Shown: positions 8,135-21,034, numbered from the stretch's first letter. The stretch: 31,336 bases of DNA from Chloroflexota bacterium (GCA_021801545.1 JAJYXX010000263.1:1-31336), one strand, 5' to 3'. Notes: a model not told the origin generated them from the letters alone. Made by a program: numbers and translations.

Positions 8135-9484
8135 TCAGCCCTCCCCCGCCAGGCGGTCGGCGAGGATCGATTCGGCCTCGGCAACGAACTGGCCAAGCCG
8201 CTCGCGATCGGGGCGCGCGTCCCGCAGGTACCGGCGGGCCCGCTCGTGCGTGTACAGACTGTCGAGCATCGCAGAGAGCTGGTCCGGCTCCATCGGCGAT
8301 GTGCCAGCAGGTTCCGTCGGGGGTGACGCGGGGGGCGGATCAGCGGAGGCGAGCGCGGCCTGGGTCGCGTCGAACCGTCTCAGCAAGCCGCCCAGGAAAT
8401 CGTCGGCGAGTCGTCGGCTCGCGAGATCGACTTCGGCCGCCGTCTCGTCCCGTAGCGACTCGATCCAGGCGAACGGGACACTCTCGCCGAGCCGCTCTCG
8501 CGCAACGTCGCGAGCCTGGTCAAGGAGCCCGGGGCGGCGAAGAGATCGGTGGAGGGGTCCCCGCCCGGTGAGCGCGAGACGGACCACAACCGAACGGTCG
8601 GCGGCGACTCGGGCATCATCTGCCGCACGGGCGATCGCCTCCACGAGATCATCCTCAGTCGCGAGCCCCTCGATCGGGACGCGGATGAGTTGCCACCGGA
8701 CGGTGTCCGCGACACGGAACTCCGGGTGGATCCCGCCCGCCGCGTCCACGCTCACCACATAGCAGCCCCGGGGCTCGGTTTCGCCCGGATCGCGTCCCTG
8801 CGGGTTCCCGCAATAGACGGCGGTGGGGCGGTCTGAGAGGAGAACCCGGTGGCGGTGGATGTGCCCGAGGGCCCAGTAGTCCATGTCGGCCGCGCGGAGA
8901 TCACCGAGCGTGCACGGCGCATAGTTCGGGACGCCCTCGATCCCACCAACGTTGGCGTGAAGAAGCCCCACCGCGAAGGGGGTGTCGGGATCACGGCGGA
9001 ACCTGGCGGCAAGGTTCGTCGTGACGTCGCGCACCCGATAGCTGATGCCATAGACGCGGGCGATCTCCTCGCCATCGCGGGTGATCGGCATCGAAGTCAC
9101 GTGGTGGGAGTCAAAGCGATGGGCGAGCTCCGGCCACCGGACCGACGGCTCCCAGCCGGAAAGGGGGTCGTGGTTGCCCGTCACGACAAACGAGGGGATG
9201 CCCGCTTGGGCCATTGCGTCGAGCCCGTCGCGGAAGACGATCTGGCCGCGAAGCGTCCGGTTTGCCTGCTCGAAGACATCGCCTGCGACGACGACGAAGT
9301 CGACCGGCTCCTCGACGGCGATCCGCACAATCTCGCGCCACGAGCGGATCGTTGCCTCGCGGAGCAACTCGGCGACCGCGGGGGGCGCCTCCGTCGAGAG
9401 CCCGACGAACGCGCTGTCGAGGTGAAGGTCGTCGGTATGGAGGAACCTCAGCGGGCTCTCGCGTCGGCTACTGGCTGGCACCAC
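8135..9484 (-). CDS. yhaO: YhaO/SbcD/Mre11-family metallophosphoesterase nuclease, ~449 aa
   Basis: Motifs DLH, AGD, GNHD, LLH and GHIH all present. GTG 9484 follows a GGAGGGGG RBS. Stop is 2 nt from the yhaN start. Confidence 0.9.
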   Translation of the reverse strand: MVPASSRRESPLRFLHTDDLHLDSAFVGLSTEAPPAVAELLREATIRSWREIVRIAVEEPVDFVVVAGDVFEQANRTLRGQIVFRDGLDAMAQAGIPSFVVTGNHDPLSGWEPSVRWPELAHRFDSHHVTSMPITRDGEEIARVYGISYRVRDVTTNLAARFRRDPDTPFAVGLLHANVGGIEGVPNYAPCTLGDLRAADMDYWALGHIHRHRVLLSDRPTAVYCGNPQGRDPGETEPRGCYVVSVDAAGGIHPEFRVADTVRWQLIRVPIEGLATEDDLVEAIARAADDARVAADRSVVVRLALTGRGPLHRSLRRPGLLDQARDVARERLGESVPFAWIESLRDETAAEVDLASRRLADDFLGGLLRRFDATQAALASADPPPASPPTEPAGTSPMEPDQLSAMLDSLYTHERARRYLRDARPDRERLGQFVAEAESILADRLAGEG

Positions 9485-9966
9485 GGCCCCCTCCCTCTGC
9501 GCCGAACCGTGGCGCCCAGGCCGCTGAAGACCCGTCGCGCGCACTATCCCGCCAGGTCGATTCGCGACCTTCGAGCCGCTCACGCGCACATCCTACTCAA
9601 CTGTCGTGCCAGCTCACATGGCACACGGCGCCGTCAATCAGCTCGAAAATCGTCTCCCAATCCTTCGACAGCACTTGCCTCACCCCTCCCATCGGGGCGC
9701 CCGAGGCGCCAGTCTCCCGAGGCGCAGCTCAAGGACATGCGCTGTGACTTCCAATTCGACGATGCAGATCAGCCACGGCACGATCGTCCGGCAGAGCGTG
9801 CACATGTCGGTCCAGCAAGGCGATATCGCCGTGGCAGCGCTGAAGCGCGAGCGCCGGTTGCGTTGCCGCCGGTCGAGCATCCACGCGCAGCACGCCGGAA
9901 CGTGGCCGATCGCCAACAAGCGAGCCGGCAGGGGCTGCATTGCCGGCGGCGGACCTGCGGAGCCGC

Positions 9967-10254
9967 CTACTTCCCCTGCTTGTTCCAGGGCGGCTTGGTG
10001 CGCTTGACCACGCGCTCCTCCTTCGCGCGAGCGTCGTCGATGCTGGGCATCTGCTCAATCTCAACCTTCGCACCCGGGATGGGGTCTTTCCCTCCAGGAA
10101 GGTGCTCCTGGAGTCTCGCGCGGACGCGACCGCGCTGAGCGACGCCGGTGTAGTTGTTCCTGCCGCCACCCGTGAAGATCTTGTAGACGACTGGCTTGTC
10201 GTCTGGAAGCTTCCCGATACCTGCGTTGTTGAACGCCGCTGTCCTCTTGCCCAT
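9967..10254 (-). CDS. Stand-alone minimal GIY-YIG nuclease, 95 aa
   Basis: AAGGAGG RBS before ATG 10254. VVYKI...NYTG.A...R.RL.EH...A..KE...P.WN matches the GIY-YIG core (Y, Y-G, R, E, N). Confidence 0.7.
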   Translation of the reverse strand: MGKRTAAFNNAGIGKLPDDKPVVYKIFTGGGRNNYTGVAQRGRVRARLQEHLPGGKDPIPGAKVEIEQMPSIDDARAKEERVVKRTKPPWNKQGK

Positions 10255-10480
10255 TCGGACCCTCCTTCGGGGAACGCCCACCCTTCAGTGTGACAGGCGC
10301 GGAAGGTCCCCCGGTCGCTACCTTCTGGTGCCGATGCGTTGCTCCGGGGTCCGTCCTGCCTCGAAGCCTATGCCGGACGAATGCCAGCTAGGTTGTCACG
10401 GCGGAGACCGATGCCCTCCGAAACTCGGCGACGACCTCGCCGCTGCACGTCGTCGCTCGCCCAAGCGTCGAGTCGGGGCG

Positions 10481-13617
<3,137 letters not shown>

Positions 13618-13621
<4 letters not shown>

Positions 13622-15378
13622 CGCTCGTCTTCCGCGTGCCACAGGGTCATCGGATCCTCGGCGACACGCCGACCCCGTGTGCTTCTGGGAGGCTTGGGGA
13701 ACCGTGGCCCCGGACCGTACTCCACCGCCGGCCCGCGCTGCTGTGGCGACGTCTTGACGAGGATCCCGCGCCGAATCAGGTCGTCGAGCAGGTTGTTCGC
13801 CGGGTGAACGGTCAGGTCGAAGAGGTTCTGCACGGTTCGGTTCGTGACCTTGCCGTACTCGCGGACGTGGGCGATCACCTTCCGATCGGTCTCAGCGGCC
13901 GTGCGCTGCTGGTAGGTGACCGCGGGACCGAGGGCGGCGAGGGCGCTCCCGCCGAGCCTGTAGCCCTGCGATCCGCTGCGACGCCCCCGCGTTGGCTCGA
14001 CCATCGCCGGCGGGTCCACGGCCAGCCGCCGGAGGATCGTTTCGGCCTCTGTGGGACCTCGCTGCAGGATGGGAGCGATCTCGGGAGCGGTGACAGTTCG
14101 GTGGGAGCAGAGGTGGAAAAGGATGAGCAGCGCATCGGTGTCGTCTCGCTCGACGGACGGCAGCTGGGCGACATAGCGGGCAATGTGGGTGTTCGGTGCG
14201 CCCCCGACCAGCCGCACTGCCACCTGGTCGGCGGATGCTTCGATGATGGGAACTCCTCGGCCGGCTCGGATCATCGCAACGTACATCCGGTCGACGCCCC
14301 GGCCGTATTCCTCGCCGAAGCCCAGGATCCGCGCCGCGTTCGCGAGCGCGCGGTTTCGCGGCATTGGCGGGTGGGTGAGGATGTTCTCGGGCGTCACGCC
14401 GGAGACGAGCGGCCCGGGCGAGGTGACGCTCAGGACGGCCGGCGAGTGCTCGACGACGACAGGCCCCCGCAGCTGATGGTCCCGATGGACGATCCCGTTC
14501 GCGATCGACTCGCGAACGGCGAGCTCGGGGAAGTCCTGGAGCTGAATCTGCTGCCCATCAGGAAGCGTGAGCGGCGTGCTGTTCAGCCGCGCACGCACCA
14601 CCTCCATGACACGTGGGAAGGCGATCACCAGTGGGGTTTCGAGACGCTCGGACGCCGTCGGCTCGCCGCCCGGCGTGGGCCGGAACTGATAGGCGATTCG
14701 TGGATTTCCGGTTGCGGCCGCCGTCAGCAGGAACTCGCCGGCGTGGTTAAGCATCCCGTCCTCGAGCAGGCCGAGCAGGCGCAGGAGGTCGAGGTCACTG
14801 CGTTGAGCATGCTCCCGACGCTCGTCCGGCAGGCCGGCCAAGGTCGCCCTGAGTGTTGCCATCGCGAGAGGCGAGACCTCATCGGGCCGGCGATCCGAGC
14901 GCTTTGCGGACCAGTCCACGCCGAGGCGGTCTTCTCGGAGACGAGCGACCTCGGCCGGCGACATCGGCTGACAGTCGTCGTTGATCCGCCGGTACGCCCG
15001 GCTCTTGCTGTCCGCGTAGACCTCGATCCCCTCCGGGACGAGAACCACGAGGAGCCGGACCCCGAAGTACGTCTGGGCCTCGACCTCGACCAGCAGGTTC
15101 GGCTGGGTCGTCGCGTGGATCGTCTTGCGGAGGCGGTCAGGATCAAGTGCTGTGCCCATGAGTGCCGCCGGACCGGCCGTGCGGTCAGAAACGCCGACGA
15201 CGACGGTGCCGCCGATACCGTTCGCCAGGCAGATGGCAGCTTCGGCGATATCGCGCTCGGTCTCCTCGGGGGTTGCCTTCTCTCGCTTGAACTCCAGGAC
15301 ACGCGATTCGAAGCTGGCGGCGCGCTGGCCGGCATGGACCGCACCGAGGATCGTCGGGAGATCGGACAGCGTGGCCAC
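13618..15378 (-). CDS. Schlafen/AlbA_2 + RecG-C/HATPase_c_4-like + wHTH protein, 586 aa
   Basis: E24-x4-E29-F-K31 and ANGIGG.VVVGV.D Schlafen motifs; central [14 protein letters not shown]...SPG...RN..LA...E.GRG.DRM; C-terminal helix-turn-helix-like regions. Confidence 0.85.
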
Positions 15379-15384
15379 GGTCCG

Positions 15385-15447
15385 GAGTTTGACCGGAGTT
15401 TAGTAAGACGTCAATCGTGTCGGCGCTACTAAACTCCCGCCAAACTC
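15385..15447 (-). promoter_or_regulatory. Inverted-repeat operator (21-bp arms, 21-bp spacer) over a promoter for the Schlafen-hsdR unit
   Basis: Arms 15385-15405 and 15427-15447 match 19/21 as inverted repeats; each arm has two AAACTC units 11 bp apart. Minus-strand TTGACG at 15414-15409, with weak CAAACT 17 nt later and GTG 7 nt after that. Confidence 0.6.
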
Positions 15448-15607
15448 ACCACCCGACGTGGAGCCCCACCGACACCCGCACAGGCATCCCCATTCCAGGT
15501 GTCCGACCCGCCTCTCGATTCTGAGCCTTTGGAGTTGACGCGTAGCCGACAGACAGAGGGAGCCTCGAGGTTGTGGTTGTCGAGGCATGTCCCCGGGTCG
15601 CGCCGCG

Positions 15608-16108
15608 CTACCGCGGCAGCAGACGGTCGACTTCGTCAGACGGAACGAGCGTGACCAGGTTCTTCTCCCTCATCACACCGACCTCGATCTGGGGATCATG
15701 CCTGGGGTCCCCGCCAACCACGATGAGGATCGGCTCTGGACAAGCGTACGCAGCGTCCTGCGAGAAGTCCTTGATCTGGGTCTTGTCACGGTCGCTCGGG
15801 GTGGCTGGCATGAATGGATGGAAGTGCCACTCGCCCAGGTAGTAGCGATGCCGTCGCCAAGCCCGGTCGACGTGTCCCTGGAGGCCAGCAAGCCCCCGGA
15901 TGAACGACGCGCGCCGACGGATCGAGTCGCTCGGCGGACCCGTCACCTCGGTGACGATGGCTTGGTCGTGGAGGTCGGTGTAGTGGCCGATCAGGACGCC
16001 ACCGGTCTCCTTGTGACCAGCCCTAACGCAGTGCTCGATGAGCCGACAATGGACGTCCCCGCTGATCACGACACCGAGCCGACGGTCGTTGGTCACGAAG
16101 GTCGTCAC
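15608..16108 (-). CDS. cap3: CBASS Cap3 JAB/MPN isopeptidase, 166 aa
   Basis: ETGG...EWHFHP...PSDRD is the JAMM motif. GTGA overlap with the cap2 stop. Confidence 0.92.
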   Translation of the reverse strand: MTTFVTNDRRLGVVISGDVHCRLIEHCVRAGHKETGGVLIGHYTDLHDQAIVTEVTGPPSDSIRRRASFIRGLAGLQGHVDRAWRRHRYYLGEWHFHPFMPATPSDRDKTQIKDFSQDAAYACPEPILIVVGGDPRHDPQIEVGVMREKNLVTLVPSDEVDRLLPR

Positions 16109-17946
16109 GGAGCAGTCTTCCGCAGACCCGTGAAGCGCCCGGCCTCATCCTCATCGCGCTCGAACACATAGAACCCGCAGGAGCCCGACGCGATGGGCCA
16201 CTGGTCATCGAGTAGGCTCACCGCGGCTGATGCCATCAACCAGACTTCGTCAGCGCGCGCGGGGAAGACAGGGTGGAAGCATCCGATCCCTTCCCACGGC
16301 CGCTCCTCGTCACGATCGAATTCTTCCTGGCCGAACGGCTGATATGCAAGATCGAAGTTGGCGACAGAGAAGCCCGACCCCTTGGCGACGAACGCGAAGA
16401 GGCGCTTGGCGTGCATCGAGAGCGAGAACGATGCGAACGTCGGCTCGCCATCCCACGGGAACGCCGTTATCGCCTTGAGCACCGCGTATTCGCCGGTCGT
16501 GTCGATCACGAGGTCGGCGGCCCGATACTGGTCCGCGCCATCCTGGGTCGGGAAGCCTGCGTTGACCGCCGACGCCCGGACGTTCGGCGAGAGGGCCGAC
16601 AGCCGTTCGGCAAGGGACTCCGCCTTGAAGGAACCCAGGTCGCTCATCGTGAGGGTGTGGCGAACGAGGTTGCCGGCCACCAGGCGCTCCGGGTCGACCA
16701 CGGTGATGTCGGTGACGCCAGCCCGAACGAGAAGTTCGCCGATGGGAGAGCCCAGCGCGCCGGCGCCGATCACCACAACGCGCTGCTCCGTCAAGTCGCG
16801 GTCCAGTCGACCGCGCGTCGCTAACTGGTCGGGGTGCCAGTTCTCGGACGGCGCCCAGTTGAGCGCCTCGCGGTCGGCAAGCGTGCCAGTCCGGCTGGTC
16901 TGCCACCAGCCCTCAGCGGTCCGCGGAGATCCGCTCATCGGTCGCCGCTCGAGCCTCGGCAGTTCGATCGCCTGCCAGTGCATCTGGCGCGCTGGCTCCC
17001 TGACCTTCTCAGGCACGGGAAAGCCGACCAACATCAGATGGGTGTCGTGGTCATGGAAGCGGTGCGTCCCGTCTCTCATCAAGCGGTCAAGGTCAACACC
17101 TTGCCCTCGGGCGACCGCCCGCAGTTCGCCCCAAGTTCGAGGCGCCTGGTAGGGCGACAGCGCGACGACGTCCGGAAACCGGACCCACATCGCCGACGGC
17201 TGTCGGCGTCCCACGATCGCCTGGCCCCACGACAGTCGGACCAGTTCCTCGCGGCCGAGCGACCGAAATGAGGCCACCACGTCGTGCCCGGTCGGCAACT
17301 TGAGAACCTCGGCGTGCCCGCTGGTGATCCGGGTCTGCGCCCATTGCGCCAGAGTCTCCGGGCCTTCGCGAAAGGCCACCAGCCGGGCCGCGGATCGGTG
17401 GTAGAAGGGCAACTCGAACCATTCGCCATCCACGACGAGCGTGCCATGTGAGGCCTGCCGCAACCAACCGCCGGCGCGCCTGACGTGCCAGGCCAGACGG
17501 TCCTCGGCAGAGCGCGGCTCGACCTCCTTGCTCGTCCGAAGGTTGCTCTCCGAGTCAGTCGCGACGCATAACTTGCCGCCCCGGTACGGCCGGCCGGGCA
17601 GCGGAACCGTGTTCGGCATCTGGTGCCAGAAGGTCTCGGTGATGCCGCCGTCAGCCGCGGGCCAGATGCCGATCAGGCCCGCCGGGTAGTTCGGTTCTGC
17701 AAGGACGTACCACGGCGTCGTCGGCGGGATCGGGAACTTGGTCCCGAGGTCGCCTGGCGTCAGGTCGACCCTGAGGCGCCAGCCCTCCTCACCGCGATGC
17801 CAGTCCTGGACGATCCGAACCTCGCCGAACTCATCGAGCGTTCGGCGAGCGGCGAGCAATGACTCCGGGACATCACCGCCTGTGGCCAAGCCCGTACCGT
17901 CCCGTGGTGACGACGGTCGACTTGGCGACCCGCTCGGTGAAGCCAC
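16105..17946 (-). CDS. cap2: CBASS Cap2 E2-E1 fusion (start codon uncertain)
   Basis: N-terminal E2-like domain with KLC; ThiF/E1 domain VIGAGALGS...VDPE...N..RH; C-terminal GCFHPVFPA cysteine. Confidence 0.9.
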   Translation of the reverse strand: MASPSGSPSRPSSPRDGTGLATGGDVPESLLAARRTLDEFGEVRIVQDWHRGEEGWRLRVDLTPGDLGTKFPIPPTTPWYVLAEPNYPAGLIGIWPAADGGITETFWHQMPNTVPLPGRPYRGGKLCVATDSESNLRTSKEVEPRSAEDRLAWHVRRAGGWLRQASHGTLVVDGEWFELPFYHRSAARLVAFREGPETLAQWAQTRITSGHAEVLKLPTGHDVVASFRSLGREELVRLSWGQAIVGRRQPSAMWVRFPDVVALSPYQAPRTWGELRAVARGQGVDLDRLMRDGTHRFHDHDTHLMLVGFPVPEKVREPARQMHWQAIELPRLERRPMSGSPRTAEGWWQTSRTGTLADREALNWAPSENWHPDQLATRGRLDRDLTEQRVVVIGAGALGSPIGELLVRAGVTDITVVDPERLVAGNLVRHTLTMSDLGSFKAESLAERLSALSPNVRASAVNAGFPTQDGADQYRAADLVIDTTGEYAVLKAITAFPWDGEPTFASFSLSMHAKRLFAFVAKGSGFSVANFDLAYQPFGQEEFDRDEERPWEGIGCFHPVFPARADEVWLMASAAVSLLDDQWPIASGSCGFYVFERDEDEAGRFTGLRKTAP

Positions 17947-18988
17947 CGTCCTTGGGAGGCTCCGGGAACTCGGGGCCGAGGAGGGCCCGCCATCGCGTCA
18001 CGCTCTCCGCCACGGTGTCAGCATCGAGCGCCGCCCGGGCATCACCTGCCGCGCGGTCAACCAGATGCCAGAACGCCGCGAAGTCCTCAGGCGTGACCCG
18101 GCGGAATACGTCGTTCTCGGGGACACCGTGGTCGGGAAGGCTCGCGACGGTGCCGGTGGACACCGCATACCGGTAGTCGTCTCGGATGCGCTCGAACGAC
18201 CGCGTGAGGCCCTCGGCGACGGAGCCGATGTCGTTCGGGCAGACGTGGCCGAGCAGGTGCTCGAGGGGGTACCCCTTCGGGTACTCGGGCACCGCGTTGC
18301 GCTTCCGCCACCACTTGCCGCTCTTGACGATGTTCACGTAATGACTGTCGGTGAGGTCGTTCTTCTCCTCGGTCCAGCGGATCTGCTCGAGCGGATGCGT
18401 CGGGACCCAGATCTTCAGGGTCCGGTCCGGGATGAGGAGGCGCTCCTGCTTCCACTGCGCGTCGCCGGCCATCTTGCGCAGACCTTCGATCGCCTCCCGG
18501 AGCGCGACCGGGCCGCCGTTGACATCGCCGCGCGCCTCAATCCGCCACTCGGTGGCGGCGGCCTTGGCGATGGCTTCCTGGATGACTTCGGACGGGGCCG
18601 CGGTGACGACAAGATCGAGCGTGACCGGCGTGTCGTCGAACCAGATCTTCATCGACCGGTCGTTGACCGACCAGTGGTCCTTGTAGTTGCCATCGAGGAA
18701 CGGTTTGAAGCGCGCGACCACCGCCGCCGGCGTCCAACTGTTCGGGTCAAGGGTCGTCACGACGACAAGGTCGACGTCGATGTGCTCGCCGTCCGCGAGG
18801 ATCCGCACGCCGGTGTGTCGGCGATAACTGCCCTGCAGGAAGGCATCGATGACGATCGCCTTGAGGTCCGGATCGGCGCCCAGACGCTCGCGCAGTTCGC
18901 GGTGCTTGGCCTCGCAGGCGTCGCGAAGTTCCGGCGTCAAACGGATGTCGCTCAGGAAGTCGGTGAAGTACGACGGGACCGCAGACAT
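17873..18988 (-). CDS. cdnD: CD-NTase (cGAS/DncV-like), CdnD-like clade, 371 aa
   Basis: FLQGSYRRHT...DVD...DLV motif; THPLEQIRWT.EKN, KWWR, YPKGYPLEH, DHGV.E.DV and GGFT...TGRYG track the Enterobacter cloacae CdnD sequence as recalled (alignment not run). Confidence 0.93.
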   Translation of the reverse strand: MSAVPSYFTDFLSDIRLTPELRDACEAKHRELRERLGADPDLKAIVIDAFLQGSYRRHTGVRILADGEHIDVDLVVVTTLDPNSWTPAAVVARFKPFLDGNYKDHWSVNDRSMKIWFDDTPVTLDLVVTAAPSEVIQEAIAKAAATEWRIEARGDVNGGPVALREAIEGLRKMAGDAQWKQERLLIPDRTLKIWVPTHPLEQIRWTEEKNDLTDSHYVNIVKSGKWWRKRNAVPEYPKGYPLEHLLGHVCPNDIGSVAEGLTRSFERIRDDYRYAVSTGTVASLPDHGVPENDVFRRVTPEDFAAFWHLVDRAAGDARAALDADTVAESVTRWRALLGPEFPEPPKDGGFTERVAKSTVVTTGRYGLGHRR

Positions 18989-18997
18989 GCGTTTCTC

Positions 18998-20518
18998 CTA
19001 CTGGCTCGGCGGAAGGCTGATGGCCGGCACGTACGAGCCGAGGGCGCGCGTGTCGAAATCGAACTCGTAGACGGTGGTCGGGCCCAAGCCTCGACCCAGG
19101 CGACCGAGGAAGAACACCAGGCCGTTCGGCGCGGCGACGAACAGGTGGATCTGGCCGCCTCGTTCCTCGGGCTTGCGGACCTTGGCGAGATGATCGATGG
19201 CGTCTCGTGCCAGCGCAAAGGCGTGGCATCCATTGCGAACGGCGGTGCCCGAGGGCTGAGGGACGGACAGGCCGACGATGCGGCCAACCGATGGCAGCTG
19301 CGAACTCACGTAGGCCTCGACATCCGCGCGGACGTTCTGGGTGATGCTGAGCGCCAAGGCGATATCGACGCCGGCCGAGGGCATGTCCTGCTCCCATGGC
19401 TCCCACAGCGGTCCGTCCGGCTCGGCCCCGGCCGAAGGCCAGGGCACCACCGCTGGCCCGGTGCGCTGCATCGGGATGACCTCCGCCCCGGCATGCGCAA
19501 GGTCCCAGCCCGCGGCGAAGGCGATCGCGTTGTGGGCGTCGAGGTGGAGCCGGTAGGTCTCGTTCGGTTGGACGCGCGCTTCGAGAAACGTCGAGATCTG
19601 GGGCGCGACGTCCGCGTTCCAGTCGACGCCGGTCTTGATCGAGCGGGCATGAAACAGCGGGACCAGGTCGAGGAGGTCCTCCGTCTCGTCCTCGAGGTGA
19701 GCGGCGTACGGTCGGCGGCTCCGGATCGCCAAGGGGCGGCCCGGCAGCGGATCGAGTCCGGCCGGACGCCAGAGGCCCTCGGCCTCCAGGACACGGCGCA
19801 GCGCCGGCTCGTCGAACTCGCGCTGACGGGTCTTCACGAAGCCGTGGGCGAGGTCGACGTACGGATGGCGGAGGCTTCCCGGCGGAACGAGCGACAAGCG
19901 GGCCGAGTCGAGCGCCGACTCCAGCAACCGGTCAACCTGATCGGGGCCGTACACCAGCAGCCGGAAGGGCTCAAGCGTCGTGCGCAGGTCGGCATCGGTG
20001 GTGAGCCCGAGGTGCGATCGCCACTGTTCGCGGACGACGCCGGTGGCCGATTTCGGGCCTCCGTCGAACAGAGAATCGAGGTTCAGTTCGCCGTTGGTGG
20101 AGGTCAACGCCGACAGCGGGTCGTCGGGATGGATCTGCCAGGGCGTCACGATCGTGTACCGCCCACGCAGCCCGGTGTCGGCGAAGGTCCGCTGGGCAAG
20201 GCGAAGCCGCTGAAGGAGCGAGAAGCGGGTCGCGTTGACGAACGCCGGATCGATCAGTGCTGCGGCGGTGATCCGCTTGCGATGGTCGACCTTGAACTTC
20301 GCCTGGTAGCAGTCCACGTCTACCGGCTGGCCCCACGAGTTGCGGTCTGGCCGGATCGGCAGGCTGACCACGTCGTCGAACGCTCGTCCGTAGCGGGCCA
20401 ACTCGAAACCGACGCTCGTCAGGACCGGCTCAGTTCGAAAAAGCCTGGCTCCTTCGAGCCAGAACCACCGGGCTTGGTAATCGAGGCCGAGGATGATCGG
20501 CCGGACCGAGTTCGCCAT
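18998..20518 (-). CDS. cap4: CBASS Cap4 effector: restriction-like endonuclease + SAVED, 506 aa
   Basis: ATG 20518: G.DYQAR.FW, AFDDV, YQAK (K74); SAVED motifs LHLDAH.AIAFAAG, LSIT, LFVAAPNG..F.LG, YEFDF. Confidence 0.92.
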   Translation of the reverse strand: MANSVRPIILGLDYQARWFWLEGARLFRTEPVLTSVGFELARYGRAFDDVVSLPIRPDRNSWGQPVDVDCYQAKFKVDHRKRITAAALIDPAFVNATRFSLLQRLRLAQRTFADTGLRGRYTIVTPWQIHPDDPLSALTSTNGELNLDSLFDGGPKSATGVVREQWRSHLGLTTDADLRTTLEPFRLLVYGPDQVDRLLESALDSARLSLVPPGSLRHPYVDLAHGFVKTRQREFDEPALRRVLEAEGLWRPAGLDPLPGRPLAIRSRRPYAAHLEDETEDLLDLVPLFHARSIKTGVDWNADVAPQISTFLEARVQPNETYRLHLDAHNAIAFAAGWDLAHAGAEVIPMQRTGPAVVPWPSAGAEPDGPLWEPWEQDMPSAGVDIALALSITQNVRADVEAYVSSQLPSVGRIVGLSVPQPSGTAVRNGCHAFALARDAIDHLAKVRKPEERGGQIHLFVAAPNGLVFFLGRLGRGLGPTTVYEFDFDTRALGSYVPAISLPPSQ

Positions 20519-20584
20519 CGTCTTGGGCAACCCACTCTGGGGGAGTCGGCGACATCGCCCCGGAGGCGATCCACCTTTCGGTGA

Positions 20585-20691
20585 ATGGTAGGGTGTGAGC
20601 CCGAGGTGTGTCAACGATATGAGCGTCACTTTTGTGTCTAGCCACGCTGACCGCCAGCCACGTTGACGCCGATTAGCCGGTGCCTCATGCT
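20585..20691. promoter_or_regulatory. Divergent promoter region between cap4 and the HTH regulator
   Basis: Minus strand TTGACA (20614-20609)-N18-TACCAT (20590-20585). Plus strand TTGACG (20663-20668)-N17-CATGCT. Confidence 0.5.
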
Positions 20692-21034
20692 GATGTACGT
20701 GGAGTCGTTCTACCGGGAGTTCGGCGAGAGGGTCCGTCGCGCCCGTGGCGAGCGGTTTAGCCAGGCCGAACTCGCGCGTCGGATCGGCATGAGTCGTGGG
20801 TCGATCGCCAACATTGAGGTCGGCCGCCAGCGGATCCCACTGCACTTGCTGACCGTCCTCGCACGCGAACTCGACGTCGAGCCAGCGGCCCTTCTTCCGG
20901 TTGGCGATGCCAATGCGGCAGATATCGTGCCAGCCGACCGCCTTCAGCGATTGCGCCCCGAGGATCAGACAGCGCTGCAGAAGGTCGTGCGGCGGGCCCG
21001 CGAAGAACGAGGCGCTTACGATGGGCAAGGCTGA
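20687..21034 (+). CDS. Xre-family HTH regulator (CapH/ImmR-like), ~115 aa
   Basis: FGERVRRAR...SQAELARRIGMSRGSIANIEVGRQ is a cro/C1 HTH. Divergent from CBASS; start 20687 or 20693. Confidence 0.85.
   Translation: MLMYVESFYREFGERVRRARGERFSQAELARRIGMSRGSIANIEVGRQRIPLHLLTVLARELDVEPAALLPVGDANAADIVPADRLQRLRPEDQTALQKVVRRAREERGAYDGQG

Noticed and set aside
9424-9447. HTDDLH instead of the usual HTADLH in YhaO motif I
   Set aside because: The metal-binding DxH residues are intact; a single variable position is not informative.
9597-9674. 25-aa ORF MLSKDWETIFELIDGAVCHVSWHDS after a purine-rich RBS-like stretch
   Set aside because: Too short and unrecognised; needs ribosome profiling or conservation evidence.
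9680-9940. 86-aa ORF and an alternative frame containing QRCHGD (kinase-like HGD)
   Set aside because: No RBS, no further motifs, competing frames; coding status cannot be supported.
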